This document shows positions 28,601 through 39,005 of a stretch of DNA of 64,000 nt, in pieces. This DNA is from Podarcis cretensis (Eukaryota), in the NCBI GenBank assembly GCA_951804945.1, contig OX638158.1, forward strand, positions 20,708,001 to 20,772,000, in the 5' to 3' direction. How positions within the stretch are numbered: position 1 is the stretch's first letter; every line of letters starts with the position of its first letter. The translations under genes and the position numbers were made by a program. The notes under the pieces were generated by a model that worked only from the letters and a program-made list of their open reading frames with translations, ran no database searches and was not told the origin of the DNA.

Positions 28601-29505
28601 CATAAAGTATAAAGGTATACTTTATGTATATTATTGAAACATTTATTTCTGGCAAGAAAAAAAAGAGGAAAAAACCTGAAATCTGGGGAGGAAAAAATGC
28701 AGTAGTGGATTATCTGAGCCTTAAATTTTTACTTAATTTTGTGTGAAAATACATCCTGAGTCTTGAACAAAGGGCATTATAAAATCACCGGGGAAGAAAG
28801 ATTTTACATGCATGGAGCAGAAGCAGGGCAGAAGCAAATATAATTTTAGTGCTGCCAGCCTCAATCAGCCATAAGCAGAGGTCTAGTCTAGTGTCTAGAA
28901 AGGCAGATAATTTAAGGAGCCTACGAAACAGATAATTAAAGCAAGGAGACCAATATACCCTACAGGGAGTGCCACATATCCCCCCACCCAGCATAATTGG
29001 AAATTCTGACCTGGGGGAAAATATTCCTTCCATTTTGCAATGAACAAATTGCTTTTATAGAATTGTCCAATGACTTCTGCTTCTTCTGAGCTTCAAAAAC
29101 AAGGCAGTAATTTTAGCACCTGCAGATAGCTTGCTGAATGAGTGATGCACATGGCTTGCTTCTCCTAGATTCAGAACTCTGAAGATCATAGGTCAGTTTG
29201 GGAGTCAACACATTAAGACTGACACATAAGCACTTTCCCATGTCTTTGAAGTGTAACATGAGAAATACTTTTCACTAACTGGAGGCTTGCGTTCATCGTC
29301 TGATGTTACATTAAAGAATACACCCTCAGTCTTAATACAACTATGCAGTGACAGCCTGGTTCTCCAGCACCATTTCTGCTGAGTGCTGCCTTTGTGACCA
29401 TGGTTTTGCATTAATATCTTCCCTCCTCCCAAGTAATATTCTATACAGATTTTAATGCAATCATCATGGTTCAAATCAATACAGTTTGCACTATGAGAGA
29501 AGAGT

Positions 29506-29573
29506 GAAACTAATTTATAAGAGGACTCCAGCTTCCTACGAAACTAATTTACAAGAGGACTCCCGCTTCCTAC
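29506..29573. repeat. 34-bp tandem duplication
   Basis: gaaactaatttataagaggactccagcttcctac followed by a copy with 2 mismatches. Confidence 0.9.
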
Positions 29574-30468
29574 AACAAGATTGAAAAAGGCATTTTCTGT
29601 TCCTGCATAGCGTAATTTATTCTGGGGGAGCAAGAACAGTTTAATTCATGCTAGTAGCAAATACTGTTGCATTAACATAGTGTTATCAGTAGTGTAACAA
29701 ACAGGGCCTGAGCAATGAGGTCAGCTTCTGAGGCACTCAGTATGTCACTGTACTCTGTTGTTGCACCAAGCCTACGGAATGCCCTTCCAGAGAAGTTCTC
29801 TGTGGCCCCAGCTATATTTGCTTTTGGGTAGATAGTAAAAACCATATCTCTTTATGTGCTACATTTTAATAACAGTCTGCTGGAGGCTATTTTTTATTTT
29901 TTGAATTCCTGACTTATTGCTGATGGCTCCTAAATTGTTTGTTTTAATATTTGTAATTGTTTTATTGTTGATGAGGTTTATATTGTTACGTGCTTTGAGT
30001 ATTTTTTAAAAAAAACAAAGAAGTGTGACAAGTGGTCAGGCATATATCCAAACAACAGAGATTTGTCCAGATGAATAAGCTTGCACTCACATCTGCAAGA
30101 TGTGTTGATGGTCACAAGGTTGGGTCTTGGGGGAAAGATGAAACAGCTATGAGCTGTGATTTGTCAATAGAACCTCAATGTATGGAGACTGTGCGTGTGT
30201 AAGAATGTAAGATGCAGGGGACAAACAAGGGATGAAGGATATACCTTTCATGACCTCCTTGTAGCACCCAGAGATATTGTCCAGAATGCTAGACCAGATG
30301 GACCTTTGATCGAGCACCACTCTCTCTAATAACAAACATAGGTGGTTGAGTGCAGATGGGATTTTAGCCAAAATAGGGCCATTGAAAAACAAATGCAAGG
30401 TCTCTGGATGCTGTAGTGAACTCCGAAAGTACACAGAAATACAAAATGTTTGTTAAACCTTGAAGGGA

Positions 30469-31086
30469 CGTTCTCTTTCTGTGGCATTATGGGAAACACT
30501 GTTTCTTTTCTGTGGCATTCTGGGAACTATTGCTAGCTTCTTTTCTTTGGCTTTCTGGAAAGTCTCAAGTCTTCCTTATAATCTTTCTCTCCTTGCTTCT
30601 CTCCTTCCTGCACACTGTGCAAAGCTGTTCCAGGCACCAAAACTTTGCCCCCTAAATTCCATTTCCCTCTCCCTCAGTTCACCTCAAGTTCACAATGACC
30701 TGTTCTTCTTCAGTGCATAATTGATTATGTGCTTTAATGTTATGATCATAACATTAGTAATTGCTTTAGTCATATTATAATCAATCTTTAGTTATAAGTT
30801 GATTAGGAGCTTTCATACCTGTCTAGCTTCACCTCGTTTCTCAGCCTTTGAACTATTGAAGATTAACGATCATATGTAATCCCGCCTTGTACCCGCCTTA
30901 TATTTATGTTAACCAACCAGCAATGAGTTTCTTTGTCTCTGTATTAACCAATCAGCCGCAGGCACACTTGTGCCAATGTGTGTGTTATTCAATAAAGGAA
31001 GGCTCCCGGGGCGAAATGCAAAGGAGACGCTCTCTAAACACCACCTACTCGTCTGTCTTGATTCTCCATTCCTACAAAACCTCACA
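30469..31086 (+). mobile_element. Probable solo ERV LTR
   Basis: Flanking aaggga repeats (30463-30468 and 31087-31092), CCAAT motifs, AATAAA at ~30991 and a CA end; 5' end is CG rather than TG. Confidence 0.4.
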
Positions 31087-31594
31087 AAGGGAATGCTCCT
31101 CCCAAAACAGCCCAGTGCAGTCTGAGCATGCTTAGTAGCCTCTAGGACAGGCTTCCTCAACCTCGGCCCTCCAGATGTTTTTGGCCTACTCCCATGATCC
31201 CTAGCTAGCAGGACCAGTGGTCAGGGATGATGGGAATTGTAGTCTCAAAACATCTGGAGAGAACCCAAGTAGAGACTTAATATCACAAAACACACAGCAA
31301 AGATAATCCTGGAAATATAGGCTGTAAACCCTTTAAAATGTGCCCTTCCAGTGAGTCCCAAAATATCCATTTAAAAAGCTCTTTCCAAGCTATGCTACAT
31401 ACTAGTTTCAGAATCCAAGCTGGTCTTAAACAAAATAAGGCTTTTTAAAACCTTGCTCAGAACTCCTCTCATAGTGAAATCCACATTTTTTTTTTGGGGG
31501 GGGGGGGAGAGAGAGAGAGAGAGAACAAAGGCTTGGTAATCCAGTTCTCAAGCTGAATGTGATGACATAGGCTAAGCCTGGCAGGACAGTGTGT

Positions 31595-32422
31595 AGCACA
31601 TATTCTTCTATCTATAAATGACAAATAAGTAGTAATATATCTTACATGTGTCTCAACAAGGAATCTTAATTACCAGCTCACCTCTTGCCCTCCTTGCCCT
31701 ATTGCCTTCCAAAACAGATGGTTAATCTTGAATTTTTATCTTAAACATATGTCAAGGATTTTGAGTTCACATCAACATTGAGAGATCTCCTTCATTTGAA
31801 GGTTTCCAAACAAAAGGCCTGACAACCATATATCAGGAGTGCTCGATGGCATCTCCTGTCTGACAGGAGGTTGGGCTGGTGGCTGACTTAATTTCAGGAT
31901 AGTTACAACTCTTACAACTATATGAAATAAGAATCTAGCATTTCTTAAATCCTTTGCATAATTATATTTAAACTAATATATTTAATACATAAATAACCTT
32001 TTAAAAGGAAAAGAAATCTTAAAAGGATCTTAGTTTAAGAAAGAAACAGCTTTAGAAAAGACTTCCCAAAAATGCTCCCTTTCTGCCAGCCAGACCAGTT
32101 GCTTTTTCACTGCTCTTGACCTTTTTAACCTTAGGAAGAAGATATGGCTCATTTTACTATTTATCAACCCTTAATTTGTAGGGTCAGTGTAACCTTGGCT
32201 GTCAGCCTGTAATTCCCTTTTTACGACTTTGAGAATTGTTTTCTGCTATAAATCAGGGGGCCCCCTTGTCTAGGAGAAAAACATTTTGCCAAGGTTCTTA
32301 GGCAGCTGCTCTTCTGCCTGGCATGAAACATTTGAAAATCTTTAAGCTCATTTTAAAATACAAGCCCTGATTAAACATATAAGCTTTAATAAAAATGCAA
32401 GCTTATGATTAGATGCCTCAAG
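31595..32422 (-). mobile_element. Inverted diverged relative of the 25190-26315 LTR (ends approximate)
   Basis: Reverse complement aligns to 25255-26012, including the same CR1 tail. Confidence 0.7.
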
Positions 32423-34775
32423 TGTACTCTATGTTTTTAACCCCTTCATTCACTAATTAGATTAATACATGCTAGCGCTATATGAGGCTTGCACCCTACA
32501 AAACCAACACTATAATATGGCTCCATATGGGGTAGATAGAGAAGCATATAGCATTTTAAAATTTAATATTTTGCTGACAGCAAAATGAAAGCTTATCCAT
32601 TTCTCAGATAATACACATTATTTGTATAGGTGGCTTTAATGCTTTTGGCCTTATGGTCATAAGGGCAGAGAACACCTTGTGATAACCAGGAAATTAACGG
32701 TTACATTGCTGGAGCCAGAAATAAAAAGAATTAAATTTGTAAACTTCCCAAATTCATAACTTTTTCTAAAAATACTGAAGCTTGCATAGGATTTCAACCT
32801 TGATTTTTTTCCCCTAGCAATAAAGTACACTGACCAACTCTCCTTTGTTGGGTCAAAAAACACTGTAAAGCTCAGTATGAAAAGTATGGAATCATGATCA
32901 TGACTAGAATAGTTCCCCTTTAAAGTCACCCCCCAAAAATAAATCTTGTCTTTGGAAACATGCTTTCTCCCCATTATGACTTCATCAGTTCAGCACTGAG
33001 TTCACTTGATAAAAAGATCTTAATCTTTATTTTTTCTACCCTACCTTTCTGCACAGTATTCAAGGTGGCTAATAATTCTATAATAATACAGCTTCTTAAT
33101 TATATATTACATTACTCAAATAATAACTCCCAAGCTCTGCCCAGCATTTCAGAGCATTCTGCAATTCAACTGTGTCAGTAAAATAACTCCACACATTGTG
33201 GCATGTAATAACCCTCCTGCTGAAGGTAATTTTTCTCAAGGTCATAAATATTCTCTGGTCCTAATACAAAATTTGCTTATATCTATGTGCCACTGGAGGG
33301 CAGTGTGGATCTCTAGGAAGAGTAAGGAATTGGAGGCAGCCTGGGTATGAAATAAGATGGGAAGGAAAGGAAAGAAAAGGAAAAAGGAAAAAGGAAAGGA
33401 AAGGAAAGGAAAGCACACTCAGAGTCACTGGAACCTATAGTAATCCTGGGCCATTAGGTATGCAGCAGGCATATCTTTGCTGACATCCCGATTTCAAGTT
33501 ACAGTTGTGTGAAATAGATGTAATGAGTGCTTTGCCACAAGCTGGGATTTTTGCATGCAGTCAACCCTGAAATGAGCTGAGGAATGACATGCTGAATAGC
33601 ATCTTACGGTTTTGTCACATTTGAAATCTCATCTGAGAGAAGAAAACAGTCAGCCATGCATTTTAAGGCTGACATGAATCAGCGCTCAGTAACTTGACCA
33701 GGGACGGAAAAAGAGTTTCACTATCTTCTGTGCCTTAGTAGTGTTTTAATCACATCCAAAAATAATATATCTGTGACAATGCTTCCATGTTTATTGTGGG
33801 ATCAGTGCTCCTCAGGCATGGAAGTTTCATGCACCATTGTTGTTGGCATCACAAAATAGATTTTAAAAATCCACATTCCATATGTATTTACCCTTTCTAC
33901 AGAAAAGGTAAATTGTTTTTTTAATCTGTTGCCAATAACTCACCAGAATTATTAAGTCTCTGTCTGGAATATGAGTGGGGAACCTTTCGCCTTCCCAATG
34001 TTGCTTAATGGCAACTTCCATCAGCCCCAGCAAGCATGGCCAGTAGCCAGGGATGGAGTTGGTAGTTCAGCAACATCTGAATGGCCATAGGTTCACCACA
34101 CATGGTAGTCTAGAAGCACCTTCTATTTTGAAGGGATCTCCTAGGGGCATATTGAGAATGTTACTATTTTTTTATTTGGGTAGGTTCTCAAGGATTTTCA
34201 GCCTCTTTATAGCACCTAGTGAGAATAAAGGGAGATAATCTATAATTCATAGGCTACGTGACTCTTGTGTTTAATTTTTGTACAGTACTTGGAAATTCAT
34301 ATTTGAATATTTTAAAAGACATAATTATGGCCATGTGCATACACTTTCCTGATAAGTGTATAGAATCCAAAAAATAGACTCGCACAACACATTCTCATGT
34401 TGTTTTTATGTGTATTTCCGTAATAGGGACCTGCTTCATAACACAACACTATTAACAAAATATTTAATTATATGGATTCAGACTTAGCCCCTGCTTCCCT
34501 CAGCAATATGAAGAACTGCTGCTGTTCATCATATTATTAACAGGCAGCAGTGTTCCTGTCAGATTTTGCAGGGATACCAGTAACCTTTTACCAAGTGGTA
34601 AATTGGCATTTGTGAAAGAACCTGTAATGATCTTCACAGTTTATTCCGACCAGCTCTTAAACAGAGCACAAATTCCTCACTAAATCTCTTCCACCACCTG
34701 CCTTGTCTGTTTATAGCTTACTAACCCCTTGTGTCATCTCTTTGTATATATGTCTAATTTATCAGTTTCTTGTAG

Positions 34776-34851
34776 ATTGTCAGCAGCCTGCTGCCTCCAT
34801 ACCGCCACACGGCTCACAACTAGCCAGGAGGCAAGACTGCCAGACTGTCAG
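34776..34851 (+). CDS. BICD1: BICD1 76-nt exon (human exon 9 orthologue), read in two frames
   Basis: tttcttgtag| acceptor, |gtaata donor, TACTAAC at 34719-34725; long frame DCQQPAASIPPHGSQLARRQDCQTVS; short frame IVSSLLPPYRHTAHN* (TAG 34821-34823). Confidence 0.92.
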
Positions 34852-36423
34852 GTAATACTTGGCTAACTCTTCTCTCTTCTCCTCTTGCTCTTCACTGCAT
34901 GCTGTGGTCAGTCTGCCACGGACAACAGCCAAGCTTCCCACCTCACGTCTTTTCTATGCAGCTGTCACTCCTGACCCCACCTCCATTCCATCCTTCCACT
35001 TCTTCGTTTCTACATGGCTTGTGTTTTTTTAAAAAAAAAGAAAAGAAAAATCAAATATATATTTGATTTTTTGCATTTGTATGTGTGAATACCAGCTGAG
35101 AGTCTAGCTAAGGAAAGCAAGTCTAGCAGAGGAAAGCAAGAAGACTGCTGTTGTGATCCGCAGCAAGGACAATGTGTTTTAGGACAAATTATCAGCATCC
35201 TTGAAATGTCCCTCAAAGCAGAACAATTCAGGGATGTCTCATGCACTCAGTTACACTAAAAGCTCTTGATTAACATCACCATTCATTTCATAAGCAACCT
35301 TTCAGAGAGAGTCTAGGCTTGTTACTGAGTAACAGTTAATGACAAAAACATGGAAGGAGAAGTTCTGTTTCTTTGCTGAGAAAGGGGTGTTACAATCTAA
35401 AATCTTTGAGAAATAGATTATTTTTGATTTTGCTAACACAGTCCATGAGTAATGTGCTGCTGCCTTGCTATGATGGGATAGGGTTTGGATTTCTTATGAA
35501 TTGCAAAATAATTAATTAAAGCTGGGTGTGTATGTTTGCTCATTGGGAGCCATTTCAGTCACAATGGGAGATTACGGGCCAAATTATAGGTGCTGTTTTG
35601 CAGTTGCCTGGCCTCTCACAAGACCTCTTTTCAATGATTACAGTTTAAGACCCACAACTTCTGAAATGTTCAGAAAATAATGTAACTTGATTTCACCTTT
35701 CTCATCAAGTAAAACTGTGTAACCTGCAAGGACAGCCCTTCTCTGGAACCACCAACAAAAAACTAACAGCACAGGCTTCATTCAGTTGGGAAATGGATGT
35801 AGTTAAATTAAGAAAAATGGATGCACTCTTATAAAAACACTAGAACTGCCACTAGAAAGCTTAGCTAAATCATTTTTTAGTGTTAATTGGTTCACTGAAT
35901 CTACAATCCATAGTTGGTCGGCTCAGAGTAAGATCTCCTTCATCCATGATCTGATTGTGGAGGTCAATTTGGTCTGTTTCCCTGAAACCTGGGTGGATGA
36001 GCAGGGGGGAGTTGGTCTCACCCAGCTATGCCCACCTAGGTACTCAGTGCAGCATCAAGGCAGACCTGAGGATCAGGGAGGGGGAGTTCCTGTGATCTAT
36101 AGAAATTCTCTTTCTCTCTAGGCTCTCTGTCCAGCCTCACTGCCCAGCAGTCTCCCTGCCTCAGCTGACAGAGCTGGTCTCAGAGGCAGTGTTGAGGACT
36201 CCCAGACTGCTGTTTTGGGGGGACTTCAACATCCATGCTGAGGTGACTGGCTCTGGGGTGGCTCAGGACTTCATGACTGCCATGATGAACATGGGGCTGT
36301 CCCAGCATGTCATCGGCCCAACACATGTGGCAGGCCACACTCTGAACCTTGTTTTCACAACTGGACAGGAAGAGGGTGATCAGAAAGTAGAGAATATTTA
36401 CATCAATCTCTTGTCATAATCAG

Positions 36424-36775
36424 GGACACGGGTGGCGCTGTGGTTTAAACCACAGGGCCTAGGACTTGCTGATCAGAAGGTCGGCGGTTCGAATCCCCGC
36501 GATGGGGTGAGCTCCCGTTGCTCAGTCCCTGCTCCTGCCAACCTAGCAGTTCGAAAGCACATCAAAGTGCAAGTAGATAAATAGGTACCGCTCCGGCGGG
36601 AAGGTAAACGGCATTTCCGTGTGCTGCCCTGGTTTGCCAGAAGAGACTTAGTCATGCTGGCCACATGACCCGGAAGCTGTACGCCGGCTCCCTGGGCCAA
36701 TAAAACGAGATGAGCGCCGCAACCCCAGAGTCGGCCACGACTGGACCTAATGGTCAGGGGTCCCTTTACCTTTAC
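36424..36775 (+). mobile_element. Sauria SINE, young
   Basis: Full length with B-box-like ggttcgaatccc and (TTTACC) tail; 14-bp TSD cttgtcataatcag (36410-36423 and 36776-36789). Confidence 0.95.
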
Positions 36776-37407
36776 CTTGTCATAATCAGATAACTTGCTG
36801 TTGAGATTTATGATTTTAGCACCTTCTTCCCACTGCTGAAGCAGGGGACCTATAAGGATGGTCTGCCGCTGGAGGCTGATGGATTCATTGGGCTTCCAGG
36901 TGGCTCTGGGGAGTTTTCTGGCTGCTATGACTGTCACTCCTGTTGGAGCCCTGACTGATGTCTGGAACATCCAAGTGGCTAGGGCCGTTGATACGATCAC
37001 CCCTGAACGAACTGTCCCACTATGCTGAGCCTGCTTGGCTCCTTGGTATACTCCAGAGCTTAGCGCGAGGAAATAAGCTGGGGCATGGTCTGAACACATG
37101 AGTGGAGAAAAACTCTAGTCAAATGCAATGCTGAGGGCTCATCATCAAGCCTTCCTCGTGGCAGTAAAAGCAGCATAGAAGTCATGCATTGCATCTTTGT
37201 GTTGTCCAGCAGAGCTTTTCTGTGGGGGGTAGGGGTCTTTTACATTCAGGCCCCAAAGAGGTGACAGAATGAACAGTAACTTGCTGTGACTTGTTTGTAA
37301 AGCATTTAGAGGATAAAATTGCTTGCACCTACTGGGACATTAACTTCACCTGTTTAGAGGTGTCCAGAGCCCTGTCTAGTCCTGGTACGTTGGAGGAGTT
37401 TCAGTTG

Positions 37408-38429
37408 TGTTGCGTTCTGAGGCCAAAGGAAGGAATGGACCCTGATTAAAATAAGACACGAGGCTTTGACCTGCAAGGCTCTCGGAGAAACTGCATCCAC
37501 CACACCCCTCACCAGGCCATTTTGTTAGCAAAAGAATCCTTTACACAGTGCTCTTAAGAACCAATCAGATTCCCTTGGAGCATTCAAACAAACCTCAAGT
37601 GGGGACAAAGTTAAACTATAAACACTAGTTAGGCATACATAAAGGTAAAGGTACCCCTGCCCGTACGGGCCAGTCTTGACAGACTCTGGGGTTGGTGCGC
37701 CCATCTCACTCAAGAGGCCGGGGGCCAGCGCTGTCCGGAGACACTTCCGGGTCACGTGGCCAGCGTGACAAAGCTGCATCTGGCGAGCCAGCGCAGCACA
37801 CGGAAACGCCGTTTACCTTCCCGCCAGTAAGCGGTCCCTATTTATCTACTTGCACCCGGGGGTGCTTTCGAACTGCTAGGTTGGCAGGCGCTGGGACCGA
37901 AAGACGGGAGCGCACCCCGCCGCGGGGATTCGAACCGCCGACCTTCCGATCGGCAAGCCCTAGGCGCTGAGGCTTTTACCCACAGCGCCACCCGCGTCCC
38001 TCGGTTAGGCATACATACTTTGGAGTAAATGAATGAAAAACTACAAAGGAGCGAATACAGCAACCCTGGACGTCATAAACAATCAGTACACATGATAAGA
38101 AGGATGGCCAGGAGGACAGTGACCATTATCACCTTAATGTGAAACCTGTTTCCTGGCCCTAAGATTAACATCCTAAGATTAATATATAAGAAAGCTACAT
38201 CGAGGAAACTGCCCATTATCTTTGAGGACCCAGGACGCCTGCCTGTCTAAGTGTGTACGTGACTTATGAAGAAGAGAGGAATGGAACAGGGATGCAGGGG
38301 TGCAGATTGATCAAGAATCATATCAAAATAGTTTAAACCCAGTCAATGCAATGCTGTCATTGCTGACACAGATGGCTTACTCTATATTTGTTATAATTCC
38401 TCATAGCAATCCCACCTGATCACTACACA
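37408..38429. mobile_element. Probable solo LTR inside the L2 relic
   Basis: TG...CA ends with 4-bp TSD gttg (37404-37407 and 38430-38433). Confidence 0.45.
37642..38003 (-). mobile_element. Sauria SINE, very young (CpG-rich)
   Basis: Reverse-strand full copy; 14-bp TSD gttaggcatacata (37628-37641 and 38004-38017). Confidence 0.95.
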
Positions 38430-38920
38430 GTTGGAAAGGCTCCCTGTTTGTGAAATACTCTCCCCAGGGAGGCTTGCCTGGCACCTTCCATTACATACCT
38501 TTAGGTGCCAGGACAAAAACATTATTTTTCTTCCAGGCCTTTGGCTAATTAAACAATCTATGACCTTTTAAACTGCGGGGGGGGGGGGGGAGGCAGTTAT
38601 TGTTTTTGTTTGGTACTATGTTATGTATTTTTGTGTTTTTATATTGTAAGCTATCCTGTGAGCCTTGCATGAAGAGTGGTATATAAATGTAATAAATAAT
38701 AATAGTAATATTCTGACTTTTAAAACTTAAGATAATGTGTTTTCAGGATCCATCCTGTGGCTGCAATTTATCTTAACTGCTTTTAATGTTGAATTTTAAA
38801 TTGTTGTAGCCCACCTGGCACCTGCTGGTAACAGATGATGATGTTGATGATAATTGGCATAGCAAGAGTGCACAGAGACTTGGTGATATATTAATCATTT
38901 CCCCCCTTTTTTATTTTCAG

Positions 38921-39005
38921 TCCTGATGTAGCTCTTCCAGAAGAACAGCCACATTCCAGCTCACAGTGTGCTCCCATCAGCTGTCTACCTAAGCCTCCTC
39001 CTTAA
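38921..39005 (+). CDS. BICD1: BICD1 terminal coding exon (long isoform)
   Basis: ttattttcag| acceptor; PDVALPEEQPHSSSQCAPISCLPKPPP then TAA at 39003-39005. Confidence 0.92.

Larger units (their letters stand above)
35905..38710 (+). mobile_element. Degenerate L2/CR1-group LINE (APE endonuclease to 3' end) hosting nested insertions
   Basis: IHDLIVE..ETW and LFWGDFNIH...GPTHVAGHTLNLVF endonuclease motifs; 3' remnant ending in aataaataataat at ~38700. Confidence 0.7.
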
